The notes: generated by a model from the sequence alone, not told the origin. Positions 40,372 through 52,067 are shown, counted from the stretch's first letter. The stretch: 64,000 nucleotides of DNA from Deinococcota bacterium (GCA_041695225.1 JBGFRI010000015.1:32001-96000); one strand, 5' to 3'. A program made the numbers and translations.

Positions 40372-40605
40372 ATGCGAATCGAAGTAGCGGTGATGATGCA
40401 GGTAAATGTTCCCGACGATACCGATCTAGACAGTTTGGACCTCCAGATTGACGAGGATGGCGGCATCCAGTTCATCAGCAATGGCCAGGTGGTAGCCGAT
40501 GCCAGCCAGATCGAGGACTATTACATTGACGACATTGACAGCGATGAGGACGACTGGGACCAGGACGAAGACGAGGACGAGGACGAGGAAGACCAGGATA
40601 AATAG
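40372..40605 (+). CDS. Small, extremely acidic hypothetical protein (77 aa)
   Basis: GGAGG SD 5 nt before ATG 40372; 31 of 77 residues are D/E. Confidence 0.7.
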   Translation: MRIEVAVMMQVNVPDDTDLDSLDLQIDEDGGIQFISNGQVVADASQIEDYYIDDIDSDEDDWDQDEDEDEDEEDQDK

Positions 40606-40722
40606 AACCTAAATCGCTGCACCTCCCTGGCTTTGGACCCAGCCGTCCCTTGCAGGCCATGGCCTTTTTATGGGGTTACCTGTCCTACTATTGCGCAAAA
40701 AGCCGCTCGGTACAATGCAAAC

Positions 40723-41856
<1,134 letters not shown>

Positions 41857-41880
41857 ACGGGATACTTTATGTCTCCTGGT

Positions 41881-43068
41881 TCAATTGCGGAATACCACAT
41901 CCTCGCGCTGGAAGCTGCGGTAGGCCAGGTAAACAGCCAGCCCGGCAAAAGCCATGGTCGAAACCCAGGTAAGGCTCAACTGCGAGATGGTGGCCGAGCC
42001 TTTGATGATCCCATCCAGCGCCAGAATCACATTGATCAGGGGCAGGGCAAGAAACCAGTCCTGAATGGTCAGAAAGTCTGAAAACTGCATAAACAGCAGG
42101 GGGATAAGCATGACAAAACTGAGTGGGGTCATGTAGCTCTGGGCCTCTTTAAAGCTGCGGGCATAAAGGCCCAGCGAGAGCATGATGGCGATAATGAATA
42201 CCGCAAACAAGACCAGAGTAGCCAGAACCGAGAGGTATCCCAGGGGCTCCAGGGCCAGTGTCCCCCCCAGGCGGGCGCCACTGCCTCCGCCCTGTAAAGG
42301 GTCTAGCTGCGCGGCAAAGTGGTACTGCATCAGCCAGCCTCCCAGCAGAAAACCAGCCATTACCGAGACCGTAGAAAGCATAGACATCACAAATACCGCC
42401 AGCCCCTTACCCAGCAGAATCTGAATCAGGGGCACCGGGGCGGCCAGCAGGGCCTCGAGGGTTCCCTTCTCTTTCTCTCCGGCGGTAGCATCCACCGCCA
42501 CCGGCATACCACCCGCCTGAATAAACAAGACCAGAAAGTAAGGAATCAGGAAAGCCAGCAGGCCCGCGGCCTGCTCCTGGGACCTCGAGGCATCGCTGGT
42601 TTCAATCTTGAAGGGCTCCAGCACCTCGGTGACAACCCCCTTGGCCTGGAGCTGCTGGGCCACTACCTGGTCTTTGTAATCGCGCAGCGCATCCTGCACC
42701 TTCTGAACCACCAGCCGGCTCTGGGTAGCTCCGCCAGAAAGCCGTCCATAAACGGTGTAGGTGCCGCCTGAGAAGACCAGGGCAGCCAGAACCTCGCGGT
42801 TTTGCACCGCCTGCTGGGGGTTGGCCATGGCAACCGGCTCGAGCCTGGCCTCGCGGAGGAGTTCCATCACCTCCGCTGGAACTCCCTTTACTCCAATTGT
42901 CTGCACGGCCTCCTGGGTCTGCCGTGCGGCGCTGCCCAGCAGCATCATCGGCCCGAACATCAGGACAGGCATAACAATAATGGGCAGAACCAGGGTGGTG
43001 AAGAGCACCCTATGCTCACGAATCACGCTCAGAAGTTCTTTGCGGGCAATTATCAAGATTTCGTTCAT
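41881..43068 (-). CDS. ABC-2 permease, NatB-like
   Basis: IARKEL, DATAGEKEKGTLEALL, ARSFKEAQ. Confidence 0.85.
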   Translation of the reverse strand: MNEILIIARKELLSVIREHRVLFTTLVLPIIVMPVLMFGPMMLLGSAARQTQEAVQTIGVKGVPAEVMELLREARLEPVAMANPQQAVQNREVLAALVFSGGTYTVYGRLSGGATQSRLVVQKVQDALRDYKDQVVAQQLQAKGVVTEVLEPFKIETSDASRSQEQAAGLLAFLIPYFLVLFIQAGGMPVAVDATAGEKEKGTLEALLAAPVPLIQILLGKGLAVFVMSMLSTVSVMAGFLLGGWLMQYHFAAQLDPLQGGGSGARLGGTLALEPLGYLSVLATLVLFAVFIIAIMLSLGLYARSFKEAQSYMTPLSFVMLIPLLFMQFSDFLTIQDWFLALPLINVILALDGIIKGSATISQLSLTWVSTMAFAGLAVYLAYRSFQREDVVFRN

Positions 43069-43159
43069 AAGCGGCACCTTCGGTGCGTCAAGAGTTGCTG
43101 GACAGGTTTATGAGGCTAAACCAATGTGGGCTTTTTCGTCCCTCGGCACCCCACCATGC

Positions 43160-43882
43160 TCAAGCTGCCTCTTCCAGCCTGCGGATGAAGGCTCTCTCGA
43201 GGTTGCCCCGGCCAAGCTCGAGGGCTTCCTGCAGGCTCCCCTCGTAAACCAGCTGGCCCTTATCAATAAACCCGACGCGGTTGCTCACCTCCTCGGCCTC
43301 GCTCATCACATGGGTGGAGTAGACCAGGGTTTTGCCCAGCCCGGCATAGGTCTTGACGAAATCCAGCAAGGCCCGGCGGGCAAACACGTCCAGTCCGGCG
43401 GTTGCTTCGTCGAGCAGTAAAACCTGCGGCTGGTGCAGGATGGCCCGGGCAATCACAATTTTTTGCTGCATTCCGCTGGACATCTCCCGCACCTGCTTGT
43501 CCAGCACCGGCTGGTCAATCTTGAGCAGGGCCGAGGCCCACTCGATGCGGTCTTTGAGCCGCTGGCCCCACAGATCGTAAAAGCTGCCAAAAAAGTCCAG
43601 CACCTCGCGCCCGGTCAGCCTGTCGTAGACCTTCATCCCGCCGTTTACAATGCCCAGGTTGCGACGAACCTCGAGCGACTGCCGCACCACATCAAAGCCC
43701 GCAACCCTGGCGCTTCCGCCATGGGGTTTTAGCAGCGTCGCCAGCATCCGCAGGGTGGTGGTCTTGCCCGCTCCATTAGGACCCAAAAGGCCGTATACCT
43801 CTCCCGGCCCGACCGAAAAAGTGATCCCGTCTACGGCTTTAAACCGCCGGTAAGTTTTTTGCAGATTCAGGGCCTCGATCAT
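43160..43882 (-). CDS. ABC transporter ATPase, NatA-like
   Basis: GPNGAGKTT, MSSGMQQK, LLLDE, STH. Confidence 0.9.
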   Translation of the reverse strand: MIEALNLQKTYRRFKAVDGITFSVGPGEVYGLLGPNGAGKTTTLRMLATLLKPHGGSARVAGFDVVRQSLEVRRNLGIVNGGMKVYDRLTGREVLDFFGSFYDLWGQRLKDRIEWASALLKIDQPVLDKQVREMSSGMQQKIVIARAILHQPQVLLLDEATAGLDVFARRALLDFVKTYAGLGKTLVYSTHVMSEAEEVSNRVGFIDKGQLVYEGSLQEALELGRGNLERAFIRRLEEAA

Positions 43883-43959
43883 CGCACTAACAAAATACTC
43901 GCTGATTATGACCAGAGGATAGGAATTTCAAACTCGATCCGCTATCCAGGAGTGTTTAG

Positions 43960-44107
43960 CTCCTGACCCCAGACCTTCGACCCTCGCCACTCCATTAGTC
44001 GATAGCCTAAAGCGGAAAGCTAAAAGCCTTCAGCCTTCGGCCTTTATTTGACCTGCGACTTGCGACCTGAGACCTGAGACTAATTTTTGACCCTAGACCC
44101 TCGACCC
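43960..44107. repeat. Mixed heptamer arrays (families B and A) reaching the permease stop codon
   Basis: GACCCCA GACCTTC GACCCTC ... GCTAAAAGC ... GACCTGC GACTTGC GACCTGA GACCTGA ... GACCCTA GACCCTC GACCCTA. Confidence 0.85.
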
Positions 44108-44934
44108 TACCCCGTCCGCTTGAGTTTGCCGGTGCGCTTGGCCCACATCTCGGCGGTATGGAAGACCCACAGGCCCAAAGGAATCAGCACCACGCCCATC
44201 AGCAGTAAAATCCCCAGCTCGGGCAAGACCGAGGAGAGCGGGGCCCCCACCAGTTTGTCCGGGGTGGAGTCGGGGTGGTTGATGCCCATTAGCTTGCGGC
44301 TGGCCTCGAGGGCATAGGTCGCGGGGCTCAGATACGAGAGCGGTTGGATCCAGGCGGGCAGCACGCTCACAGGGTAGTAGATGCCCGAGACCAGCAGCAA
44401 AACGCCCTGGAAGATGTTGGTAGCCTGGGCTCCGTTTTCCGGCGACATCACCGGCAGAATGGCGGCCATCAGACCCAGACCCATGAAGGCCAGGCTGGCA
44501 ACCAGCAAGACCACCAGTACCCCCAGCAGGTTGGCCCCATCCACCGAGACCTGGATGAATAGCACCAGACCCACCAGGATCACGATGGTGCGGAGCACGC
44601 TGAACACGATGGCAAAGAGCGAGACCCCGCTCAGGTGAACCAGCCTCGAGACCGGGGCCATGAAGGTGTACTCCAGGGTACCCTCCCAGCGCTCGTAGGA
44701 GATGGAGTTGGCGATCTCGTTGTACATGGCAGACAAAAACGACCACAAAAGTACCCCGAGCAACAGGGTGAGGGTCAGGCGGAAGTCGTCCTGGGCCTTG
44801 CCGATCAGGGCGATGGCCGCAGAGTTAACGATGGCGTAAAACACGAAGACCGCTACCCAGCTCATATAACGCCGGGTCAGGTGCCAGTCGCGAAAGACAA
44901 AAGCCCAGATGGGGCGGAGGTATCGCTCAAACAT
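44107..44934 (-). CDS. ABC-2 type exporter permease
   Basis: ERWEGTLE...AP, SGIYYPV..LP.W..LS..SP.TY. Confidence 0.88.
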   Translation of the reverse strand: MFERYLRPIWAFVFRDWHLTRRYMSWVAVFVFYAIVNSAAIALIGKAQDDFRLTLTLLLGVLLWSFLSAMYNEIANSISYERWEGTLEYTFMAPVSRLVHLSGVSLFAIVFSVLRTIVILVGLVLFIQVSVDGANLLGVLVVLLVASLAFMGLGLMAAILPVMSPENGAQATNIFQGVLLLVSGIYYPVSVLPAWIQPLSYLSPATYALEASRKLMGINHPDSTPDKLVGAPLSSVLPELGILLLMGVVLIPLGLWVFHTAEMWAKRTGKLKRTG

Positions 44935-45033
44935 AGCTGATCCTTTGGTTATGCCGATAGTCGATAGCGGATGGTCTATAGCCAAAAACTCATCTGATTT
45001 CTTTTAGTTATCGGCTATTGGCTATGGACTATC
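44935..45033. repeat. Heptamer array, family A, between the ABC ATPase and permease
   Basis: GCCGATA GTCGATA GCGGATG GTCTATA GCC ... GTTATCG GCTATTG GCTATGG ACTATCG. Confidence 0.8.
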
Positions 45034-45837
45034 GGCCTCTTGCTCTGCTAAATCCTCGCCAGTAAGGGCGATAAAGGCCTCTTCCAGGTCGTCGGTTCCC
45101 GCTTGTTGTTTGAGCTCCTGGGCGGTTCCCTCTGCCACCAGGCGGCCCTTGGCTAGGAAGCCTATGCGATGCGAGAGGCGCTCGGCTTCGGCCATGTCGT
45201 GGGTGGTAAGCAGGATGGTGGTGCCTTCACGCTTGCGGAGGTCTTCCAGAAAGGCCTGTACGTCGCGGCGGCTCCTGGGGTCAAGGCCGGTGGTGGGCTC
45301 GTCGAGCAGAAGCAGCGGCGGGTTGATGAGCAGGGCCCGGGCAATGGCAATTTTCTGCTGCATCCCCCGGCTCATCTCCTCGATGGGGTCGCTAAAGCGG
45401 CGCGACTCCAGGCCGAGCTGCTCCAGAATCTGCATGGCCCTTTTTTCGGCCTGGCGGGGCTTTAGACCATAGAGCTGGGCCGCATAGAGCAGGTTCTCTC
45501 GAGGCGAGAGTTTCTTGTAAAAAGCCGCGTCCACGCTCACCCGCCCCATCAGGCGGCGTAGGGCCTGCTCACCCTGGGGCAGCTGGTGTCCCATCATCTG
45601 CACACGCCCTCCGTCGGCAGTGAGCAGGGTAGAGAGGATGCGAATCAGGGTAGACTTGCCCGAACCGTTGGGGCCTAAAAGGCCGTAGGTTTCGCCTATA
45701 TGCACATAGAAAGAAACCCCTTTCAAGGCCCATTCTTCCTTGATGGGCGCACGCAGTCCCTCGCGTTTGCGAAAGACTTTTTTGAGATCGGAGACCTCGA
45801 TAGCAATTCTGGTCTCGGTGGGCTTTAGGGTCAGCAT
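45022..45837 (-). CDS. ABC exporter ATPase (DrrA-like)
   Basis: GPNGSGKST, MSRGMQQK, LDEPTTGLDP, TTH. Confidence 0.9.
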   Translation of the reverse strand: MLTLKPTETRIAIEVSDLKKVFRKREGLRAPIKEEWALKGVSFYVHIGETYGLLGPNGSGKSTLIRILSTLLTADGGRVQMMGHQLPQGEQALRRLMGRVSVDAAFYKKLSPRENLLYAAQLYGLKPRQAEKRAMQILEQLGLESRRFSDPIEEMSRGMQQKIAIARALLINPPLLLLDEPTTGLDPRSRRDVQAFLEDLRKREGTTILLTTHDMAEAERLSHRIGFLAKGRLVAEGTAQELKQQAGTDDLEEAFIALTGEDLAEQEADSP

Positions 45838-45964
45838 AGATTTAATCATCCCATCCTGTGTCAGTCCATCACCCAATCTATAGTTGGTCCTGTCTCGAAT
45901 AAGTCTCGGAGCCCGGGGTCATCTCGTCGCTGGTCTTGCGTTGAACCTCCTGCACCGCCCCTTC

Positions 45965-45992
45965 AAACAAACCGGCAGCCCGAGGGCCGCCG
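45965..45992 (-). terminator. Intrinsic terminator (attenuator) in the ABC exporter leader
   Basis: Minus strand CGGCGGCC-CTCG-GGCTGCCG followed by GTTTGTTT. Confidence 0.7.
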
Positions 45993-46036
45993 AAAACGCA
46001 TAACGCGTCGTGAATGCGGGTCGGGCAGAGAGCGCC

Positions 46037-46081
46037 TCAGGCGCGCAACCGGGCCATGCGCTTGACAATGGGGTCATTCAT
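46037..46081 (-). CDS. Putative leader peptide MNDPIVKRMARLRA
   Basis: AGGTGA SD 3 nt upstream of ATG; preceded by a promoter and followed by a terminator. Confidence 0.6.
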   Translation of the reverse strand: MNDPIVKRMARLRA

Positions 46082-46100
46082 GATTCACCTACCAGACCCA

Positions 46101-46130
46101 AGTGTACGCGCTAGCCGGGCGAATGTGCAA
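46101..46130 (-). promoter_or_regulatory. sigmaA promoter for the leader peptide/ABC exporter operon
   Basis: TTGCAC-18 bp-TACACT on the minus strand. Confidence 0.65.
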
Positions 46131-46150
46131 GGTCTCTCTCGGTAGCAATA

Positions 46151-47287
46151 TCAGACGATGTTCTTCTCTACTAAGGCTGATACCTGGGAAAAACGCTCGT
46201 AGCGGAGCGAATCTATGTTCAGGCTGTGCGCCCGACCATCAACAATTTCCTCGGCCATCAGGCGGCCCACCATCGCGGCCTGCTGCACCCCATGGCCAGA
46301 AAACCCACAGGCATTGACCCAGCCCTCCACCCTTGGCATCCGGCCCAGGATGGGGTTGTGGTCGGGGGTGACCTCGTAGTAGCCCCACCAGCTAGCCCTG
46401 CGGTCGAGCTTTAGTGCCCCCAGCCAGGGTAAACGGGCCAGGCCCACTTCCAGGGTGGGCTCGAGCCAGGCCCAGTCCATGCCTTCACGGAAGCCCAGGT
46501 CAGCAGGGTTGCTCCGACCAAAAATCAGCCGGTCGTGCTCGGGGCGGAACCAGAAGCCACTGGAAAGGTCTATGGTCAGGGGGTGCCCGGGGAGGTGGGG
46601 AGTCGGCGCAGTGCAGAAGACCATCCGCCGGGCGGGCTGCACCGGAATCAAAAGCCCGGCCCGCCGGCCCACCTCGCCAGCCCAGGCCCCGGCAGCGTTG
46701 AGCACAAACTGTGCCTGGAAGGATCCCCTCGAGGTCTGCACCTGCCACCCTCCGCACACCCGCTCGGCGGCCAGGAACTCGGTCTCGGTGTGCAGCACTG
46801 CTCCAAGCTGCCGGGCGCGACCCAGGTACTCCATGCAGATACCGTGCGGGTCTACAATTCCATCGGCGGGGCCGTAGGTAGCTCCGCGGATGGGCTCCAG
46901 GCCCTCCACCGCTGGCGAAAAGTCGAACCACTCCTTGGCGGCCGCAAGGTCTCGTACCTCCACCGGCACCCCCAGGCGCATTTGCATATCTACCCCCGCC
47001 ATGTGACCCTCCCACTGCGAGCCTGGAACCAAGAACAAGTACCCAATGGGCCGGTAGGCTGCCTGGGGCAGCTGGCGGTACTCCCGGATCGAGTGCCAGG
47101 AGAGCAGGATGTTGGTGGTCTCGGTAAACTGCACCCGCACCCCCGCCGCACTCTTGCCCGTAGACCCCATGGCCGGGGCCGCGGCCTGTTCCAGCACCCC
47201 CACCTTTAGCCCCCGCTCGGCCAGGCGGTAGGCGCAGGCCGCTCCCACAATCCCCGCTCCTGTAACCAGCACATCGTAGCGTGACAC
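46151..47287 (-). CDS. FAD-dependent oxidoreductase (sarcosine oxidase beta/D-amino acid oxidase family)
   Basis: GAGIVG, GSTGKSAAGVR.QF, AAGAW, TPDHNPILG, GFSGHG. Confidence 0.88.
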   Translation of the reverse strand: MSRYDVLVTGAGIVGAACAYRLAERGLKVGVLEQAAAPAMGSTGKSAAGVRVQFTETTNILLSWHSIREYRQLPQAAYRPIGYLFLVPGSQWEGHMAGVDMQMRLGVPVEVRDLAAAKEWFDFSPAVEGLEPIRGATYGPADGIVDPHGICMEYLGRARQLGAVLHTETEFLAAERVCGGWQVQTSRGSFQAQFVLNAAGAWAGEVGRRAGLLIPVQPARRMVFCTAPTPHLPGHPLTIDLSSGFWFRPEHDRLIFGRSNPADLGFREGMDWAWLEPTLEVGLARLPWLGALKLDRRASWWGYYEVTPDHNPILGRMPRVEGWVNACGFSGHGVQQAAMVGRLMAEEIVDGRAHSLNIDSLRYERFSQVSALVEKNIV

Positions 47288-47539
47288 TGGGCCTACTGTA
47301 GCCCAACCCAGTGCCTTGTGCAAAACCGATCATTCGTGTGAATAGATGGGGTGCGTAGCAGACTTTAACTGTTTCAGCGGCGCCAACAGATACGAGAACA
47401 ACCCTATTTTCAGAGGGTGTGGGGCAACGGGCCCGGGGGCCGCAGAAAGTCCCGGGCAATCAGGTCAGGTAGACACAACGGGCTACAGCGGGAAGGGCAG
47501 ATCTCAAGGGCATTAACCGAGTTGCGCACGGCCCCTGCG

Positions 47540-48286
47540 TCACAGCACACGCCGGTCTAGCCCGCCGTCGAGCGGGATAGTCAGGCCGGTCAGGTACGAG
47601 GCGTGACTCGAACACAAAAACGCTGCCAGGGCTGCAATCTCTTCCGGTGCTGCTACTCTGGGCACGGGATAACTCGCAGTCTCCGGGCGCATAGGGTGAT
47701 CTTCCCCGACTGGTCCGGGGGCAATGCAGTTGACAGTAATGTTCGGAGCAAGTTCATCGGCCATGACCTTGGTCAGAACCGCGACTGCGTTTTTAGCCAG
47801 GGCGTTTTCGGCGAAGCGGGTGAGCAGGTTGGGAGTTCCGGCGGCCATGTAAAAGGCCCCCAGGTTGACGATACGCCCCCAAGGGCGGGCTTTGAGGTAC
47901 GGTAGGGCAAACTGCGAGACCGAGACTACCGAGAGCACGTTGACCTCGAGGCCCAGCCGCCACTCCTCCGGGGGAACCTGGCTAAACGAGCCCGGCCGCA
48001 CGGCTCCGCCCGGCACGTTGACCAGAAGATCCAGGCCGCCGAATCTCTGCTCGATGGCCTCGAGTAATGCCTTAACCTCGCCAGGACTGCCCACATCCGC
48101 GACACGGGCGAGCACCACAATGCCCTGGGACTCAAGTTTTGTTCTAGCGGCCTCGAGTCGTTTTTCGTTGCGCCCGCAGATAGCCACTTGCGCACCCTCG
48201 AGGCCCAACCGCTCGGCAATGGCATAGCCGATGGTGCGGCTTCCACCCGTCACCAGTGCGATTTTGCCGGTCAGGCCAAGGTTCAT
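47540..48286 (-). CDS. SDR family oxidoreductase (atypical; ENALAK in place of YxxxK)
   Basis: MNLGLTGKIALVTGGS..IG, WGRIVN, ITVNCIAPG, YLTG..IPLDGG. Confidence 0.8.
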   Translation of the reverse strand: MNLGLTGKIALVTGGSRTIGYAIAERLGLEGAQVAICGRNEKRLEAARTKLESQGIVVLARVADVGSPGEVKALLEAIEQRFGGLDLLVNVPGGAVRPGSFSQVPPEEWRLGLEVNVLSVVSVSQFALPYLKARPWGRIVNLGAFYMAAGTPNLLTRFAENALAKNAVAVLTKVMADELAPNITVNCIAPGPVGEDHPMRPETASYPVPRVAAPEEIAALAAFLCSSHASYLTGLTIPLDGGLDRRVL

Positions 48287-48492
48287 GCCCAGATTCTAGT
48301 GCACTGTCGTGCAAAGTCCAATCCTGGGCAGTCGGTAGCCCATTAAGCTCAGGCCTACGGTCCTTTGCTGTTAGCATTCCTGGCCGATTTGCGGAAGTTG
48401 CGGATAAGCTCACTAAATCGCTCGCCACTGTGTTTTTGAGCCACTAGCTATGGGCTATAGACCAATGGCTATCGGCAAAAACCTTTCAGTAT

Positions 48493-51357
48493 TTAGTCGG
48501 CTGCCGCTGCGTACTCCTCTACCGGCGGGCAGGCGCAGACGATGTTGCGGTCGCCGTAGGCATTATCCACCCGGTTCACCGGGCTCCAGTACTTGTCCAT
48601 GGCAGGCTGGCCACCCGGGAAGCAGCCCTGGGCGCGGGTGTACTTGCGGTTCCAGTCTTCGTCGGCGATGTCCAGCACGGTGTGAGGGGCGTGGCGCAGG
48701 GGGCTCTGGTCAGCGCTAAGTTCTCCCCGTTCAATCTGGGCAATCTCCTGACGAATTGCCATCATCGCAGCAACAAAGCGATCCAGCTCGCGCTTAGACT
48801 CCGACTCGGTAGGCTCGATCATCAGGGTGCCCGGCACCGGAAAGCTCATGGTGGGGGCGTGGAAGCCAAAGTCAATCAGGCGCTTGGCAATATCCTCCAC
48901 GGTTACCTCGTGGTTGGTTTTGAAGGCCCGGGGGTCAATGATGCACTCGTGGGCTACCCGGCCTTTTTCGTTTTTGTAGAGCACCGGGAAGTGGGGCTCC
49001 AGGCGGGCGGCGATGTAGTTGGCATTCAGAATGGCTACCTCGGTGGCACGTTTTAGGCCGGCGCTGCCTAGCATCTGAATATAGGCGTAAGAAATGGGAA
49101 GAATCGAGGCCGAGCCATAGGGTGCCGCCGCGACCGGGCCGACGGGCGAACTGCCGCCATCCAGAAATGGGTGGCCTGGCAGGAAAGGGGCCAGATGGGC
49201 CTTGACCCCAATGGGCCCCATGCCCGGGCCGCCCCCACCATGGGGAATGGCGAACGTTTTGTGCAGGTTGAGGTGGGAGACATCGGCCCCGTAATGCCCG
49301 GGTTTGGCCAGACCCACCTGGGCGTTGAGGTTGGCCCCGTCCAGGTAAACCTGCCCGCCATAGCGGTGGACAATCTGGCATAGTTCGCGGATCTCTTCCT
49401 CAAAGACGCCGTGGGTAGAGGGGTAGGTGACCATCACCGCAGCCAGGTTGGGAGCGTGCTGGCGAGCTTTGGCCTCGAGGTCGGCCATGTCCACGTAGCC
49501 ATCCTGGTTACAGGCTACAACCACCACCTCCATCCCCACCATCTGGGCGGTGGCAGGATTGGTGCCGTGGGCCGATGAGGGAATCAGGCAAATTTTTCGG
49601 TCTCCCTCGCCCCTAGAGCGGTGGTAGGCCCGAATTGCCAGCAGCCCGGCATACTCGCCCTGGGCCCCGGAGTTGGGCTGGAGCGAGATGGCATCGTAGC
49701 CGGTAATTTCGCAAAGCCAGCCGCTCAGGGTCTCGAAAAGCTGGCGGTAGCCCTGGGCCTGCTCGGCGGGCGCAAAGGGGTGAAGCTGGGCAAACTCGGG
49801 CCAGGTGATGGGCATCATCTCGGCAGTGGCGTTGAGCTTCATGGTGCAGGAGCCCAGCGGAATCATGGCCCGATCCAGGGCCAGGTCGCGGTCGGCCAGC
49901 TTACGCATGTAGCGCAGTAGCTCGGTCTCGGAGTGGTAACGGTTGAAAACCGGGTGGGTCAGGTAGCTCGACTTCCGCTCTAGGCTGGCAGGCAGGTTGT
50001 CCTGGGGGGCAAAATCTGCATAGGTCAGACTTCCACCAAAAGCCGCCCAGACCGCCTCGATAATCTCTGGGGTGGTGGTCTCGTCCAGGGCGATGCCGAT
50101 GTGTGAGTCGTCCAGTTTGCGCAGGTTGATGCCCTTGCTGCGGGCACTGGCCAGAATTTCCTCCACCCGGCCCTCGGCCTGAATGGTCAGGGTGTCGAAG
50201 AAGTGCCAATTCAGCCGTTTGAAGCCCAGGCGCTCCAGGCCCGCGGCCAGGATGCTGGCCTGGTGGTGAATGCTCTGGGCAATCTCGCGCAACCCTTCCG
50301 GCCCGTGGTAGACAGCGTACATCGAGGCCATCACCGCCAGCAAGACCTGGGCGGTACAGATGTTGGAGGTAGCCTTTTCCCGGCGGATATGCTGCTCGCG
50401 GGTTTGCAGGGTCAGCCGATAGGCCCGGTTGCCCCTCGAGTCTATCGAGACCCCCACCAGCCGCCCCGGCAGGGCCCGCTTGAGGGCGTCTTTGACCGCT
50501 ATGTATCCTGCGTGCGGCCCGCCGTAGCCCATGGGCACCCCAAAGCGTTGCGTCGAGCCCACCGCTATATCGGCCCCCAGCTCCCCCGGTGGTACCAGCA
50601 GGGTCAGGGCCAGCAGGTCGGCGGCCATCACTACCAGACCCCCCGCCGCTTTTACCTTTTCGATATGGGGCCGCAGGTCGCGGATCTGGCCCAGGGTGTC
50701 GGGGTACTGAAAGATGGCGCCAAACAGCCCCTGGGGGTTCAGGTCGGCCTCGAGGTCCCCCACGACCAGCTGCCAGCCCAGAGGTTCAGCTCTGGTCTGC
50801 AACACCGCCAGGGTCTGCGGATGCACGTTCTGGTCAACAAAAAACGCAGTGCGATTTTCTTTGCAACTGCGCTGGGCCACCGCCATCCCCTCCGCTGCGG
50901 CAGTGGCCTCGTCCAGCAACGAGGCATTGGCGATGTCCAGGCCGGTCAGGTCGGCGACCATGGTCTGGAAGTTGAGCAATGCTTCCAGGCGGCCCTGGCT
51001 GATTTCGGGCTGGTAGGGGGTATAGGCAGTGTACCAGGCGGGGTTTTCCAGAATGTTCCGCTGAATCACCGGGGGCAGAATGGTGCCGTAGTAACCCTGG
51101 CCGATTAGCGAGGTGAAGACCTGGTTTTTCCGGGCGATAGCTCGCATCTGCGTCAGCATCTCGGTCTCGCTCAGGCCAGGGCCGATCTCCAGCGGCCCGG
51201 CCTGCCGGATGCTCCTGGGCAGGGTCTGTTCAATTAGTTCCTCCATTGACGAGACCCCCACGGCCTCGAGCATGCCTTCAATCTCGTGGGGCGAAAGGCC
51301 AATATGACGCCGAGAAAAGTCGGTGGTGCGTAGCTTGGGGTTTGGATTCTGAGTCAT
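48493..51357 (-). CDS. gcvP: Glycine dehydrogenase (decarboxylating), single-chain P-protein
   Basis: [40 protein letters not shown] (PLP Lys), PHGGGGPG. Confidence 0.97.
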   Translation of the reverse strand: MTQNPNPKLRTTDFSRRHIGLSPHEIEGMLEAVGVSSMEELIEQTLPRSIRQAGPLEIGPGLSETEMLTQMRAIARKNQVFTSLIGQGYYGTILPPVIQRNILENPAWYTAYTPYQPEISQGRLEALLNFQTMVADLTGLDIANASLLDEATAAAEGMAVAQRSCKENRTAFFVDQNVHPQTLAVLQTRAEPLGWQLVVGDLEADLNPQGLFGAIFQYPDTLGQIRDLRPHIEKVKAAGGLVVMAADLLALTLLVPPGELGADIAVGSTQRFGVPMGYGGPHAGYIAVKDALKRALPGRLVGVSIDSRGNRAYRLTLQTREQHIRREKATSNICTAQVLLAVMASMYAVYHGPEGLREIAQSIHHQASILAAGLERLGFKRLNWHFFDTLTIQAEGRVEEILASARSKGINLRKLDDSHIGIALDETTTPEIIEAVWAAFGGSLTYADFAPQDNLPASLERKSSYLTHPVFNRYHSETELLRYMRKLADRDLALDRAMIPLGSCTMKLNATAEMMPITWPEFAQLHPFAPAEQAQGYRQLFETLSGWLCEITGYDAISLQPNSGAQGEYAGLLAIRAYHRSRGEGDRKICLIPSSAHGTNPATAQMVGMEVVVVACNQDGYVDMADLEAKARQHAPNLAAVMVTYPSTHGVFEEEIRELCQIVHRYGGQVYLDGANLNAQVGLAKPGHYGADVSHLNLHKTFAIPHGGGGPGMGPIGVKAHLAPFLPGHPFLDGGSSPVGPVAAAPYGSASILPISYAYIQMLGSAGLKRATEVAILNANYIAARLEPHFPVLYKNEKGRVAHECIIDPRAFKTNHEVTVEDIAKRLIDFGFHAPTMSFPVPGTLMIEPTESESKRELDRFVAAMMAIRQEIAQIERGELSADQSPLRHAPHTVLDIADEDWNRKYTRAQGCFPGGQPAMDKYWSPVNRVDNAYGDRNIVCACPPVEEYAAAAD

Positions 51358-51373
51358 GGGGTCTCCTGACCCC

Positions 51374-51536
51374 ATCTGTCCTTTTGCCTGAGAGTGTTAT
51401 CCCTTCGGCGGGCGCGCCAAACCAGCCCGACTCGCCTCTCTCCAGATTCTGCTGCTGTGGTCCTTCTGCCTGTGAGTTTCCGGGGTGGTTGCTCCTTCGG
51501 CGTTGGGGCTAAACCCAATCTCTCCCGTCAGCAGCC
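51374..51536 (-). ncRNA. Tandem glycine riboswitch
   Basis: Two aptamers on the minus strand: GGAGAGA...CGCCGAAGGAGCAA...AACTCACAGGCAGAAGGAC and CTGGAGAGA...CGCCGAAGGGATAA CACTCTCAGGCAAAAGGACAGA; ends just before the gcvP AGGAG SD. Confidence 0.92.
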
Positions 51537-51612
51537 ATCTACCTGACTACAACCATAATAAAACATCCGCGCGCCTGGTTGAAAGGGTCATTCCACATCA
51601 CGCAGCACGGCA

Positions 51613-51993
51613 TTACTGGTTCTCTGCTACCGCCTGATACTCCGCTGCGGATAATAATCCCACAGTGTCGGCTGGGTTGACCTTCATCTTGAACAGCCAC
51701 CCTTCACCATAAGGGGACTGGTTAATCAGCTCCGGCTTATCGCTCAGGGCGGTATTTACCTCGATAATCTCACCTGTTACCGGCGCGTAAATATCCGAAG
51801 CGGTCTTGACCGACTCCACCACCGCAACGGCCGCACCGGCCTGGACCTTTTTGCCAACGGCGGGCAGGTCTACAAAAACTACATCGCCCAGCGCATCCTG
51901 GGCAAAATCGCTGATGCCCACCACCGCCACATCGCCTTCCAGGCGAACCCACTCGTGCGACCTGGCGTATTTGAGCTCGGTTGGATAATTCAT
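51613..51993 (-). CDS. gcvH: Glycine cleavage system H protein
   Basis: [29 protein letters not shown] (lipoyl-Lys), PYGEGW. Confidence 0.97.
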   Translation of the reverse strand: MNYPTELKYARSHEWVRLEGDVAVVGISDFAQDALGDVVFVDLPAVGKKVQAGAAVAVVESVKTASDIYAPVTGEIIEVNTALSDKPELINQSPYGEGWLFKMKVNPADTVGLLSAAEYQAVAENQ

Positions 51994-52067
51994 AAAGCCT
52001 CCTCGGATGTAAGTTTATTGCTAACTGAGCCCTGTAGCCCAGGGGCCATCTTCCCGGACACCGGCAA

